A DNA stretch of 64,000 nucleotides from Ophelia neglecta (taxonomy: Eukaryota): NCBI GenBank assembly GCA_965285935.1, contig OZ260666.1:7688001-7752000 (forward strand), given 5' to 3'. Under the pieces are notes generated by a model that made no database searches, was not told the origin of the DNA, and saw only the letters and a program-made list of their open reading frames with translations. Shown here piece by piece: positions 1-14,651 of this stretch; the stretch's first letter is position 1, and every line of letters starts with the position of its first letter. Position numbers and translations under genes: made by a program.

Positions 1-22
1 TTGTAAAGTTTTTTTTTTCCAG

Positions 23-2518
23 GGCTGTAGCAAAGAAGCTAGCAGCTTTGCATCACTATCCACCTGACATGGCTACGGCTGGTTTTGAAAGCAGCATGAA
101 TCTCAACAAAGTTCCGATTATTCTAACCATCATAGATATGGTAAAGAAATGGCCTACCTTCAAGGACTCCTACGACGACCCGTTCAAAGAAAAAGTGTGA
201 GAATGAATTTTCATTTATCATTCATTGAGAAATATAATATTCGTATATATCAGTGAATTGAACTCACTTTCGCCTTGTCGTCTTTGAGTTCGGATACTGC
301 ATGTCAAGATCGTATAAATTTTGATTTTATTTTATCTTGATCTCATAATCCCAGTTATCTTTTCCGTATGAAAAAAAGGTTCATATATATAAATCTGCTC
401 TTTGCTCCTTATTTCAAAGTCGGTTCATGGAGTTTCCAAGCAAGGCCGATGCGATTAAGCTGCTAGAACTGTACGGCAAGGAGCTAGTAGAGATGGGTTT
501 TCCTACCTGTTTTTGTCACAGTGATCCTCACGCTACAAACATCATCTACGACTCTAATGCAGGTAACGTTAGTCTATCAAAAAGCACGAATGCAAGGGGC
601 TCTCATATTAATCAGAAAGGACCTTACTTATATGAAACCCGCTTAATCAAACATAGTAGCGAACGCATCAAGCATATGTTACAGCCTTAAGGAAGAATAC
701 CGATAAGACTAAATATGGCACTTAACCGGACATTCTATAAGTTTGGAGCATGAGACGTAAAACTTACCTGTCCTGGCGGTTTGATTATTATGCTTTATTC
801 ATACTGTCTCATGATGTAAAATAAAAGATTCAAAGCGCTAAATCTGAAGAAAAAAATCAATACAAAAAACGATCGGTAACAGTTGAAGCTCCCCGTTGAA
901 TGTTTGTTTGTTTAGGCGAGATACACCTGATTGACTGGGAGTTCTCTGGTATTGACTATGCAGCACACGATATCGGCTGGTATTTTGCTGGGAGGATATG
1001 TACGTTATGTCTGGCTAGCACCGATGTGTCTTAAGTTTCAATTAAAAAGGCCTTTGGTTTGCGGTTTATTTGTGTTTTGCTCAATTGTGCATATTCGCGA
1101 TTTTCTTGAATAAATTAATGGTTTTGGAAGATTTACCTGTGTTTGAAGTCAATCTATTTTGAAATATCTTATACTTGACTTATTTTTCTCCAGTGGTTGA
1201 CGACTGTGCAGACGACGCCTTGAAGTTTTATCCAGACAAGGCGTACCAGTTGAAATGGATACGCTGGTACCTGGAGTACTCAGCCGAACTGCGTGGGGAG
1301 GCACATGAAACTGTCACCGAGGCTGCTATTAACAAACTTTACAAGGGTTCTTTACTATGTGGTTTGGTAAAATCCTATTCGCCTATTATATAATGAGTTT
1401 ATATACATTTGACATTAATTAAAGCACTGATTTTCGTCAGCGCTCGCGTTGGTTTGGCAGTGCGCGTCAAATCTATTTATGTGAAAAAAGGTATCTCCCG
1501 TCGGGCAATTCTCAAGGAAATCTCCAAGAGGTCACCAAACGGGGAATGTCCTGAATTTTTTTCCCGTATTTAATGTCTTTAAAGGATTAAATAACTGGCA
1601 AAAGCAACGTCAATATTAAACGTTAATGTATCAACCCGCTTCGCCAATAGAGAAAAGCTCTGACGAGAACTTGAACTGTTCTAAAAAGTCTTTGCACGGT
1701 TTTACAAGTTTAAAAAGACTGATAATTGACCGGTAATGCTTGACCGTAATCACGAGTGGAGTAATATTAAACATAATTTATATCATCAGAATTAATAGGA
1801 AGAAATTTCAGACCTATAAAATACACGTGAAATGTATTTTAACAGTAAGTTGTAAGACTTGACCAATAAGATATCATTTTGAACTGTGTCGTATACACTA
1901 GTATATTGCATTATCAATCAGGATCCTGAAGTTAAATTGGGGCTTTGTATTCATAATTTTCATTTTTTTACAGATTAGAAGTGTAGCGGGTGTTGTATTT
2001 TTTCGTATGCAAGACGCAATGACACCTTCTAACGCTAATTATTTCAGGTGGGTACCGTTATTTTCAATATATTTTAAAAACCGCTGACACAAGCAAACTT
2101 CTATTTAACGCCTTATATTTACATATAATGAACGACTCTCTATTAAAATAAAATATTGGGTGAAGGGATGGGGGAGGGGATTAGTAGACGATGCGCCGTA
2201 TTTCTTTTTGTACAAGAGTAATCACCAATTGACGGATAATTTTAGTAAAGCACGAATAAAGACGGGAATCCAAATTGTGCGGAAAGAAGCAAGGCCCGAA
2301 TCGGCTATGGAGCGAACCGACCCAGTTTACATACATATAATGATTGGGCATCGTTGGAATTTTTAACGGACATCAATACTATTTAATTCGATCAATTTAC
2401 TTGTGTCCCTTTGTTATGTTATTTTCCAATTGTCTTAATGAATACATTTATTTTCAGAAAAGCTAGGCAATTTCAACGACTCTGTCGTGTTATCAACGAT
2501 GAACATTATAAAAAGTAA
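23..2518 (+). CDS. Ethanolamine/choline kinase-like gene, copy 1 (subfamily A; 5'-partial). Exons 4-9: 23-196, 420-562, 916-999, 1194-1366, 1974-2047, 2458-2518
   Basis: GT-AG exons join in phase. Brenner-type motif FCHSDPHATNIIYD and choline-kinase motif LIDWEFSGIDYAAHDIGWYF; YPDKAYQLKWIRWYL; stop TAA at 2516-2518. Exons 1-3 lie upstream of the window. Confidence 0.88.
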
Positions 2519-4663
2519 ATCAGAAATGCGCCTATTAGAATCAGTCGATACATTCTTATTGACATTGATAGTAAAATGTTAACGTACCCTTTTAGGCGCC
2601 AACCTTTATACCGATAGGCCTTTACATATTCAATATAAAATGGCGAGTAAATAATCAATGAGCCTATTTATTCATATAATCACATTTAATTTCCGTAAAA
2701 TAGATATTACTCCAAAACCATTTGAATCGAACAGTATGCGGAAGTTTCTTTCCTGTTTCAGTAAGCGTTTAGAGTATACATTACTTTGTGAACATATCAA
2801 TGAATGTCATATTTCTGGTCATAACGGTTGTGCCTTCATATAAATATAAAACAAAGAGACGTTCCATTTATATATGAAAGACTTACATTTTTAAATTGGA
2901 TATGTAATACAGTGGCCAAGAATGTTACCGCAAGTATTTCCTGTCTTGAATAGCTAGCAATGGCAGTATAACTTCATTATGTAATGTGATTATTTCTATA
3001 TTTCTAACGCTTCACAATATATATTTATTTGCCCTCTTGTGTTTTTTAAACGACAACAGACCAACTTGCGCGAGTTGGTTGCCAGGACCTTCTGTAATCT
3101 TTACCTGTTAAGACCTCTAATTTTTTTTTTTTTTTGCATTTTAACCCACTGAGGTAATTAAATGATGTTAACATAATGTTGCTAATCGGTAGATCAGCCC
3201 GATTAGTTCGAATGATAAAAATACCCTTTATTATAAGACTGAATATGTATATTATTGTTTTCATTATCAGCTTTTTGGAGTTTGGAGTGCATTGTATTAC
3301 AGCAGACACTATGATTAAGCTTCCTGATATAAGAATAATAAACGTGTTGTATGATCAAGGTTTTCCTTCCAAGTTGTTTGATTAAACCGGTACTTTGGCT
3401 TATAACGATTATATATATAAAATGCGTTTTATAATATATGGTATGGTATGGTATGAAATTGTATTTATTTAGACAAATTTTTACATTGATATAGGCAGGT
3501 AAGTACAACAAATACTGGAGGTTAGTACTATATATATACATCATTTATGGTAAATTTACACTACTTATATGACAAGGAGACTCCCATTTCGCGAGGAATG
3601 CTATCATAGGAGCCACCTGATAAAATGACAAGACTGTGAGAAATACACAATGTCTCTTGTCTGCTTTGTTATATATCCTTATTTAAAGAACAATGATCCT
3701 AAGACATTAAGATAGTGCGAAATGTATGTTGCACGACATGACCATGTACTGCATGTACAGAGAAAAGACAGCCAGATAATAATTATCATAATAATCTTAA
3801 ATAAACAGAGTGGATACCCTGCAGTCAAAGCCATATCATTAGTCGCGAATAGTCCATTTAATCGGTCCAAATGATTAGAAACCAGCAGCCACAGTTCACA
3901 CATCAATAGATCGATCTCCAGCTCTCAGGTGGTTAATGAAAACATAAGTTTGATATAGTTTGCAAGTAGTCACCAATTTTCTATGATGCGGGTCAGAAAA
4001 CAAAACAAACCAGTCAGTGTTCGACGTAGGACATAGATGAAATATGCCCATGGAGAGTAGATGAGGATCTATGTTTTTTCAAAATATTGAATCTAATGAT
4101 TAAATTGTCTCAATAAACGGGTCCCTATCAAATAAAGTGAGGGGGGAAATATAGAAACGACGAGTGATATTAATGCTTACTATTTTTATTTTAATCGGAC
4201 ACCTGGCTTCCACCAACTTTGAATTATTTGAGAAGCCATCTATGCAAAGCGGTACTAGACAATAAATTTCAGGGAAAAGGTTAATTATGTTTATTTATGC
4301 GTCATACTTCATATGCCATGGTTTTAGCTTAAGGTTGAAACATTAAGATACATTGTTAACGCGAAAACGGACTCATTTCATTCACAATAATTGACATAGG
4401 TGTTTTGTTTGTGATCAATCAGGTGACTAAATATGTCGTTTTAACATTTGATCAATAATTATGCTTGGTTTATTGCCTTGCTATCGATTATCTACGAGTA
4501 TGACCTTTGATCATGGAACTTTGATTCATAATATCATATTTGTAAAAAAAAACAGTTTGATCAATATTATATATATTCAGATTGCAAGCATCAGGTGCCA
4601 CCATTGCCTAACTCGTGGCGGCAAATATACCTATATATCATTCATCAAAATAAAGCCCAAAGT

Positions 4664-4745
4664 AAAGAGGGCATAAAAGTGATGAGCCGCCTAAGCCAAC
4701 GCTAAAAAAATCTTGTAACACACATGATCCGGCTGGCTCCTCTGG
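4664..4745 (+). pseudogene. Degenerate relic of kinase exon 1
   Basis: gcataaaagtgatgagccgcctaagcca...ccggctgg aligns to the exon-1 segment VGEPPKP...RPGW; ATG lost, frame broken, no donor. Confidence 0.65.
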
Positions 4746-5744
4746 CTTTAATAACAATGCGAAGATTGCATGCATGTATCTAACATGTACTTCGACAAAA
4801 TTGGTGTATTTGATAAGCCTTTTACCAATTAGCGGAAATCGCATTAATCGGTGTTACAATGGCCCAGGACTGAATTTGTGCAAAGTATGGGTTTTAGTGG
4901 ATGTTGCGTTGTGATCATCAATAATCCTCCTGAGACTAAATTCTGTGTTGTGTTAGACCGTGAAACAACATGTTTCAAAGATCGTCAAAGGCGCCAATAT
5001 TCGTCTGCTCAGCATTATACGTATACAACAGTTTCTATCTCAGGATGCTGCCAGACCAGCTGGGTGTTCCAGTTTGGTCATGTCTTGACTATTGTTATAA
5101 TCTTCTTGCTTGCCTCCCAAACAACAACGCCATTCAAAGAATACAGCTTGTCCAAAATACGGAGAACATACCACTGAAAAACAATTCACGGCACTAAAAT
5201 ATCCGAAATCACGAAACTATGTATGTCTCCACTAAACACATATGGCCGATCGTTGTCTAATTAATTTATTCCTCATCTTTTCTTTTTCAGTTTTAAATAT
5301 TTAAATGAATTTAATGAGCTGCAGGTGCTACTTGATTCCACTACACTTATTTAATTAATATTAATACTTTTTAATATTTTGGTTTTGTATGGAGGAAAGT
5401 TAAATACCAACTCTTTAAGCAAATTGTTTAAGAGACTTGCTATTTTTGTAGCGTTTGACTTATGTGGAATGTCTGGGTAAGCGATCGGAGTGTGTTCGTT
5501 AAGAATCTAGTATGGTCTTAACCAACGAGCCTTTCAGTTGCATTTGGGAAAGATGTAAAAAGAGATTTTTGCATATAGTAAACATTTGATGATGGTGACC
5601 TGTCGTGTCTTACGTGACTTTTTACAAACATCATGCTTAAAAAAACAAAAAACAAAAACATTTTAGTAATCAACAGCGTTAAAGCACAGATGGATCTCTT
5701 CAACTAACACAAGTATGTACCAGATTCACGTTTTACGAAGACCG

Positions 5745-6117
5745 ATACGGGTTGACTCATTTCCTTTTTATGTTGACCTTGCTTTTGCTAATTTATTCTT
5801 TAAAGACGTTTAAGACGCAAAACTTGCGTTTTTTCGGGACATCCCTTATTGGAATCTTCGAGATTTCCTTGAGAATTTGCTCGACGGGAGATACCTTTAT
5901 TTAACATTACTGGATTGACGCGCACCGCCAAACTGACGCAAGCGCTGACGAAAAAAGACAGTTTATTTATAAATGTCAATTGTGTATCAAACCGTTCTAT
6001 AATAGGCGAAAAGGTTTTTACCACACCACATAGTACAGAACACGTGTAAAGTTTCTTGATAGCAGCCTCGGTAATAGTTTCATATGCCTCCACACGCAGG
6101 TCAGCTGAGTACTCCAC
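5745..6117 (-). pseudogene. Inverted fragment of kinase exon 7 (3' half) plus the start of intron 7
   Basis: Minus strand reads EYSADLRVEAYETITEAAIKKLYTCSVLCGV|GTAAAA, then sequence homologous to intron 7 (about 1367-1640). Confidence 0.85.
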
Positions 6118-6285
6118 GTTTAATTAAGCCAGTCAAGAGACTGGAAAAAACAGACCACATTAGGCAGGTGAACTTAATAGGCAGATCAGTTAATACAGGG
6201 CTAAATGGGGATTGGGCTATTATTGAGTGACCTTAGTGGGCAGGTGGCCTTATTATAAAGGTGACCACAAACACAGGTTTCACTG
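6118..6285. mobile_element. One-ended Tc1/mariner-type MITE fragment
   Basis: Ends CAGGTTTCACTG|TA (TA|CAGTGAAACCTG on the minus strand) with internal GGCAGGTG repeats; partner end not found. Confidence 0.55.
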
Positions 6286-6648
6286 TACTTTGCTTGTATT
6301 CCTTCTATACCATATTAAACTTTCAAGCTACAATAAAAACACGACAAGTGACACATGTTGATACATGGGAATTTAGACGATATTATTGTTAGTGGTGTTT
6401 CTTGTTATAATTGTGTCGTTATAACAATCGACCAGATACAATGATTTACCTATTTTGCATTCTATTGAAAAGCCCAATGGCAAACGTTATAAAATATGAA
6501 AATTTAAGCCCTAAAATTCTAGTTGTAAATATCACTTTATGCGAATGTGGTATAGTTTGACCATTTTTACCATCTGTCACGAATTTTTATCTATATTAAC
6601 CAGGACTAGTATGAAACGATGCCAATGGTTTCAACGAAAACGTGAAGC

Positions 6649-9600
6649 ATGCTGACATTGAACATAACCGTGGGTGACCCCCCTAAACCATCGATATTAG
6701 AAATCTTAAAGTGCATACGTCCTGGCTGGGACAGGGATACACTTATCATTAGGGTAAGATGGTTTACTATGGATATACGGGAACATAGTAAAGCAACTTC
6801 GTACATAGCTAACACTTGTCCATTGATAATATAACTTCTCACTGGTGATCATTGAGCTTTTATTCTATTTGAATTAAATCGCAAATGGCTTAAATGTCGA
6901 AATTCATGTATTCGTATTTGACATTTTAGTAAATGAAAATGCTGAATTAATTATTAATGGTCTCCAAACTTTTCATGTTTATTGATATTTGTATATTCAG
7001 CTCATGATAAAATCCGAACGATTTTAGTTCTCTCTAATTGAAATCTAATCAATTTGCACGCAGATATATGTTGAATGTGTTATTACGCCGCCGTTATAGT
7101 TACGTCCATTTAACACAGCATGTGACCATTGATTTGGTCTGTGTTTAATTGCTATCTTAATCAATATATTTGTTTGCTATCAGGTCGTATTGCGTATGAA
7201 AATATGGAGACAATATGAGTTTGGTGTCTACTAAGGATAAACATTTATGTGACCAACAATTTTATTCGCTAAAAATTACCATTTTATTTAATTTCAAATT
7301 GGTTATTTAGGAGCTTAAGGGTGGCAATGTCAACCAAATATACTACTGCGGCCTGGCCAGTGACACAGAAGAGCACGACGTGGTTCTTGTGAAGCTGTAC
7401 GGAGATGGTACTGAAGTATGGATTGACAGGGAAAAGGAAGTGGCAAGCATTGGAGTTGCCATGAAGGCGGGAGTTGCCTTACCCCTATACTGCAGGTGGG
7501 TCACACAAATATCATGATAACCCTAGTAAGACAAAACAAACTGAGTTTCGTTGTCAAAACTTGTGCTTAAATATCATCAGCAGTGATTTTAATGTCAACT
7601 ATAGGTCTGTTTACTCACCCGAATATAGCAGGGTATGTTAAGTGTTTTAAGCTTGTAAAACACTGGTATTTTACTCTTGATATTAGAGAATTGGAGCATA
7701 TAGCACTAATCAAAATAACTGTTTTTGTTTGTTTGCAGGTTTAAAAATGGTTTGGCGTACAAGTTCCATAAAGGGAAGAATGCGAATTCTGACAATATTA
7801 CCGATGAGACGTTTGTCAGGTTGGGACAATAACGTTCATGTAGTTATGAAGGATCAGCTTAACACATAATACATATGCATTATTGGTTGTAGAAGACTAG
7901 AATGGATGGGCTATCGATTTTGTTGAGTGGTTTTAAATATGTTTCTTTTCGTATTGTTTTGAACGTACGTTTGTTTGAATGTGTGTTTATTCGAACAGTA
8001 AAACGCGGCCTTAAAATGAATATAAGCAATATGCCGGTTAGCGTAGTGCGTTCTGCCCGAACCATGACAAGTCAACCCTTACTGGGACCATACTCAATCT
8101 TGTTACGTTTTTTCCAGGGGTGTAGCAATGAAGCTAGCAGCTTTGCATCACTATCCACCTGACATGGCTACAGCTGGTTTTGGAAGCGGCATGCATCTAA
8201 ACAAAGTTCCCATTATTTTAACCATCAAAGATATGGTAAAGAAATGGCCTATCGTCAAGGATTCCTACGACGACCCATTCAAAGAAAAAGTGTGAGAATG
8301 AATTTTTATTTATCATTCAATGAGAATTATATATTCGCAGATAATAACAGGCTTTCTTATCGGATATATTCACAGTGAATTTAACTCACTTTCGCCGTGT
8401 CGTCTTTGAGTTGCTGCATGTCAAGATTGTATAATTTTAGATTTTACTTTGTCTCGATCTCATAATCCCAGTTATCTTCTCCGTATCAAAAGAATTGATA
8501 TATATATAAATCTGGTCTTTGCTCGTTATTTCAAAGTCGGTTCATGGAGTTTCCAAGCAAGGCCGATGCGATTAAGCTGCTAGAACTGTACGGCAAGGAG
8601 CTAGTAGAGATGGGTTTTCCCACCTGTTTTTGTCACAGTGATCCTCACGCTACAAACATCATCTACGACTCTAATGCAGGTAACGTTAGTCTATCAAACA
8701 GCATGAATGTAAGGGGCTCTCATATTAATCAGAAAGGACCTTACTACTTATAAACCCGCTTAATCAAACAAAGTAGCGAACGCATCAAGCATATGTTACA
8801 GCCTTGAGGCAGAATACCGATAAGATTAAATATGGCACTTAACCGGACAAGCTATAAGTTTGCAGCATCAGACGTAAAACTTACCTGTCCTGGTGGTTTG
8901 ATTATTATGCTTTATTCAAACTGTCTCATGATGAAAAAAAAAAAGATTCAAAGCGCTAAATCTGAAGAAAAAAATTTAATACAAAAACGATCGGTAACAG
9001 TTGAAGCTCCACGTTGAATGTTTGTTTGTTTAGGCGAGATACACCTGATTGACTGGGAGGTCTCCGGTATTGACTATGCAGCACACGATATCGGCTGGTA
9101 TTTTGCTGGGAGGATATGTACGTTATGTCTGGCTAGCACCGATGTGTCTTAAGTTTCAATTAAAAATGCCTTTGGTTTTCGGTTTATTGGTGTTTTGCTC
9201 AATTGTGCATATTCGCGATTTTCTGGAATAAATTAATTGTTTTGGAAGATTTACCTGTGTTTGAAGTCAATCTATTTTGAAATATCTTATACTTGACTTA
9301 TTTTTCTCCAGTGGTTGACGACTGTCCAGACGACGCCTTAAAGTTTTATCCAGACAAGGCGTACCAGTATAAATGGATACGATGGTACCTTGAGTACTCA
9401 GCCGAACTGCGTGGGGAGGCACATGAAACTGTCACCGAGGCTGCTATTAACAAACTTTACAAGGGTTCTTTACTATGTGCTTTGGTAAAATCCTATTATA
9501 TAATGGGTTTATATACATTTGACATTAATTAAAGCACTATTTTTCGTCAGCGCTCCCGTTGGTTTGGCAGTGCGCGACAAACTTATTTATGTGAAAAAAG

Positions 9601-10684
9601 GTATCTCCCGTCGCGCAATTCTCAAGGAAATCTCCAAGAGGCCACTAAAACGAGAATGTCCTGAATTATTTCCCGTATTTAATGTCTTTAAAGGATTAAA
9701 TAACTAGCAAAAGCAACGTCAATATTAAACGATAATGTATCAACCCGCTTCGCCAATAGAGAAAAGCTCTGACGAGAACGTAAACTGTTCTAAAAAGTCT
9801 TTGCACGGTTTTACACTTTCACGTTTAAAAAGACTGACAATTGACCGGTAATGCTTGACCGTAATCACGAGTGGAGTAATATAAAACATAATTTATATCA
9901 TCAGAATTAATAGGAAGAAATTTCAGACCTATAACATACACGTGAAATGTATTTTAACAGTAAGATGTAAGACTTGACCAATAAGATATCATTTTGAAAT
10001 GTTTCGTAAACGCTGGTATATCGCATTTATTAATTAGGCTCCTGTAGTTAATTTGGGGCTTTGTATTCATAAATTTCATTTTTTACAGATTAGAAGTGTA
10101 TCGCAGGTTGTATTTTTTCGTATGCATGACGCAATGACACCTTCTAACGCTGATTATTTCAGGTGGGTACCGTTTATACCGTATATATTTTCAATATACT
10201 TTAAAAACCGCTGACACAAGCAAACCTCAATTTAACGCCTTACATTTATATATAATGAACTATAATGTTCTATTTAAATACAATATTGGGTGGAGGGATG
10301 GGGCGGGGGATTAGTAGACAAGGAGCCGTATTTCTTTTCGTACAAGAATATCGCCAATTGACGGATAGTTTTACTAAAGTACGAATTTAAACGGAATGCA
10401 AAATTGTGCGGAAAAAGGAAGACCCGAATTGGCTATGGAGCGAATTGTCTTTGAATTGATATTACCTTGACCGACCCTGTTTACATACATATAATGATTG
10501 GGCATCGTTGGAATGTTTAATTGACATCAATACTATTTATTTCAGTCAATTTACTTTTGTCCCTTTGTTATCCTATTTTCCAATTATCTTAATGAATACA
10601 TTTATTTTCAGAAAAGCAAGGCAATTTCAACGACTCTGTCTTGTTATCAACGATGTTTTCAACGATGAACATTATCAAAAGTAA
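6649..10684 (+). CDS. Ethanolamine/choline kinase-like gene, copy 2 (subfamily A, about 363 aa). Exons 6649-6753, 7311-7495, 7739-7819, 8118-8291, 8537-8679, 9034-9117, 9312-9484, 10089-10162, 10612-10684
   Basis: Spliced length 1092 nt, open from ATG to TAA. Motifs ILKCIRPGW, GGNVNQ, VLVKLYG..T...IDREKE, PLYCRFKNGLAY, HSDPHATNII, IDWEVSG. Confidence 0.9.
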
Positions 10685-12832
10685 ATTAGAAATGCGCCTG
10701 TTAGAACTTGCAGATACATTCTTATGGAGATTGATATTAAAATATCAATGTTGCCCTTTTAGGCGCCAACCTTTATACGGATAGGCCTTTACATATTCAA
10801 TATAAAATGGCAAGTAAATAATCAATGAGCCTATTTATACATATAAACACGGTTAATTTCCGTAAAATAGATATTATTCAAAACCATTTGAATCGAGCAG
10901 TTTCCAGAAGATTCCTTCCTGTTTTAGTAAGCGTTTACAGTATACATTACTTTGTGAACATATCAATGAATGTCATATTTCTGGTCATAACGGTTATGAG
11001 TATATAAGTATAAAACAAAGAGGCGTTCCATTTATATATGAAAGACTTTTAGTTTTGAAATTGGATATTTAATACAGTGGCCTAGAATGTTACAGCAAGT
11101 ATTTCCTGTCTTGAATAGCTAGCAATGGTAGTATAACTTCATTATGTAATGTAGTAATGTGATTATTTCTATATTTCTAACGCTTCACAATATATATTTA
11201 TTTGCCCTCTTGTGTTATTTTAAACGACGACAGACCAACTTGCGCGAGTTGGTTGCCAGGACCTTCTGTAATCTTTACCTGTTAAGTCCTGCGATTTTTT
11301 GTGTGCATTTTAACCCACTGTGGTAATTGTATTTATATGTAATAGATATTGTTAAAATACTGTTGCTAATCAGTAGATCAGCCCGATTAGTCCGAAGGAT
11401 AAAATTACCTTTATTATAAGACTGAATATGTATATCATTGTTTGCATTATCAGCTTTTTGGAGTTTGAAGTTCATTGTATTACAGCAGACACTATGATTA
11501 AGCTTCCTGATATAAGAATAATACACGAGTTGTAAGATCAAGGTTTTCCTTCCAAGTTGTTTGATTTAACCGGTACTTTGGCTTATAACGATTAGATATA
11601 TGAAATGCGTTTTAATAAAATATGGTATGGTATGGTATGAAATTGTATCTATTTAGAAAAATTTGTACATAGATATGGTCTGGTAAGTACAACAAATATT
11701 TGAGGTTAGTACTGTATATATACAATATTTATGGTACATTTACACTACTTATATGACAAGGAGACTCCCATTAAGATCCGCGAGGACCGCTATCATAAGA
11801 ACCACCTGATAAAATGACAAGACTGTGAGAAATATACAATGCCTCTTGTCTGCTTTGTTATATATCGTTATTAAAGAACAATGATCCTAAGACATATGAA
11901 GATAGTGCGAAATGTATGATGCACGCCATGTGCATGTACTGCATGTATAGAGAAAAGACAGCTTATTATAATTATCTTAAAAAAACAGAGTGGATACCCT
12001 GCAGTCAAAGCCATATCATTAGTCGCGAATAGTCCATTTAATCAGTCCAAATGATTAGAAACCAGCATCCACAGTTCACACGTCAATAAATCCATCTCTT
12101 AGCCGGTTAATGAAAACATAAATTTGATATAGTTTGCAAGTAGTCACCAGTTTTCTATGATGCGGGTCAGAAAACAAAACAAACCAGTCAGTGTTCGACG
12201 TAGGACATAGATGAAATATGCCCATGGAGAGTATATGAGGATCTACGTTTTCTCAAAATATTGAATCTAATTAATAAATTGTCTCAAAAAACGGGTCCCT
12301 ATCAAATAAAGTGAGGGGGAAATATAGAAACGACGAGTGATATTAATGTTTACATTACATTATTTTAATCGGACACCTGGCTTCCAACAACTTTGAATTA
12401 TTTGTGAAGCCATCTATGCAAAGCGGTACTAGACAATAAATTTCAGGGAAAAGGTTAATTATGTTTATTTATGCGTCTTACGTCATATGCCATGGTTTTA
12501 GCTTAAGGTTGAAACATTAAGATACATTGTTCACGCGAAGACGGATTCATTTTATTCACAATAATTGACATAGGTGTTTTTTTGTGACCAATCAGGTGAC
12601 TAAATATGTCGTTTTAACATTTGATCAATAATTATGCTTGGTTTATTGCCTTGCTATCGATTATCTACGAGTATGACCTGTGATCATGAATCTTTGATTC
12701 ATTTTATTATATTTGAAAAAAAAAAGTTTTATCAATGTTATATATTCAGATTGGAAATATCAGGTCCTTCCATTGCTTAACTCGGGGCGGCATATATACC
12801 TATATATCATTCGTCAAAGTAAAGCTCAAAGT

Positions 12833-12928
12833 ATGAGGACATTGGACATAAAAGTGGGTGAGCCGCCTAAGCCATGGCTAATAATAATCTTGAAACACAT
12901 ACGACCCGGCTGGCCCCTCTGGCTTTGA
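12833..12928 (+). pseudogene. Exon-1 relic, still an open 31-aa ORF
   Basis: MRTLDIKVGEPPKPWLIIILKHIRPGWPLWL* versus true exon 1 MLTLNITVGDPPKPSILEILKCIRPGWDRD; no GT donor at the homologous position. Confidence 0.75.
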
Positions 12929-14651
12929 TAATAGCTCGAAGATTGCATGCATGTATCTAACATGTACTTGGACAAAATTGGTGTATTTCGGATAACATTT
13001 CACTGAATATTCACATATATGTTCCCGATCATGTTTATTGTCCGTGTCTTAAAGAAGTTGCATTCGACTTAATCGACTTATCTAAGAAGAAGGTATAAGA
13101 TTGTGACTTTTTTTTCTTGTAACCGGGTTTAAGAGAACATGTGCTCACTTCTGCACTTGCATATCCATAAGTCTCGCACGGTAGAGGGTACCCGGCAGCC
13201 TCTGTAACTTTATAAAGCAAGCACTATCTATTAGGTTCACCCCGAACAAATGTTAAAGGTGTGACCATATTAAATGCGTGTTTACGGTATATTTTAAAGC
13301 TAATGTACGTGTGGTCGGTTCGCTATTTCGTTTCAACATACTTCTCAGAAATTGTATTTATAAATCTGAATATATTTCGTTTCACACCTGTGTACAATTT
13401 GGAACAGGAACTTCATATTTATGATTCTGCTTGGTCGGGTTTCAGGAAGCGTTTTCAGTTTGGGGATTTGATCAGCCTATTACCAAATAGCGGAAATCGC
13501 ATTAATCGGTGTAACAAAGGCCCATGACTGAATTTAGGTATACGCTATTACTATTGGTTGTCGCAATAATTTGATCTGATACGTACGCGCTAATTCCCTC
13601 ATCTCTAAATGTTATTTTCGGAAAGTTGCGTAGATCTACTTCAAAAGAGCTAGTTTTGGCTTGTTTATATAAACGTAGTTGTCTCCACTGATACGAGTCT
13701 GGAAATAGCCAAAGTTAACCAAAACTGAACACAGATACAAGGGATGTTTACGTCATGGGCACAGTCGCCATTTGTGTCCAATTGAATGTGCAATGTATGG
13801 GTTTTAGTGGATGTTGCGTTGTGATCATCAATAATCCTGTGACTAAACTCTGTTTTGTGTTAGACCGTGAAACAACATGTTTCAAAGATCGTCAAAGGCG
13901 CCAATATTCGTCTGCTCAGCATTCTACGTATACAACAGTTTCTATCTCAGGATGCTGCCAGACAAGCTGGGTGTTCCAGTTTGGTCATGTCTTGACTATT
14001 GTTATAATCTTCTTGCTTGCTTCCCAAATAACAACGCCATTAAAAGAATACAGCTTGTCCAAAATACGGCGAACATACCACTGAAAAACAATTCACAGCA
14101 CTAAAATATCCGACATCACGAAACTATGTATGTCTCCACTAAACACATATGGCCGATCGTTGTCTAATTAATTTATTCCTCATCTTTTCTTTTTCAGTTT
14201 AAAATATTTAAATGCATTTAATGAGCTGCAGGTGTTACTTGATTCCACTACACTTATTTAATTAATATTAATACTTTTTAATGATTTGGTTTTGTATGGA
14301 GGAAAGTTAAATACCAACTCTTTAAGCAAATTGTTTAAGAGACTTGCTATTTTTGTAGCGTTTGACTTATGTGGAATGTCTCGGAAAGCGATCGGAGTGT
14401 GTTCGTTAAGAATCTAGTATGGTCTTAACCAACGAGCCTTTCAGTTGCATTTGGGAAAGATGTAAAAAGAGATTTTTGCATATAGTAAACATTTGATGAT
14501 GGTGACCTGTCGTGTCTTACGTGACTTTTTACAAACATCATGCTTAAAAAAACAAAAAACAAAAACATTTTAGTAATCAACAGCGTTAAAGCACAGATGG
14601 ATCTCTTCAACTAACACAAGTATGTACCAGATTCACGTTTTACGAAGACCG

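Noticed and set aside
197-419. Possible U12-type intron 4 (TCCTTAT/CTTTAAC-like sequence near the acceptor)
   Set aside because: Donors are GTGAGA, GTGAGT or GTCAGT, not the U12 GTATCCTT consensus.
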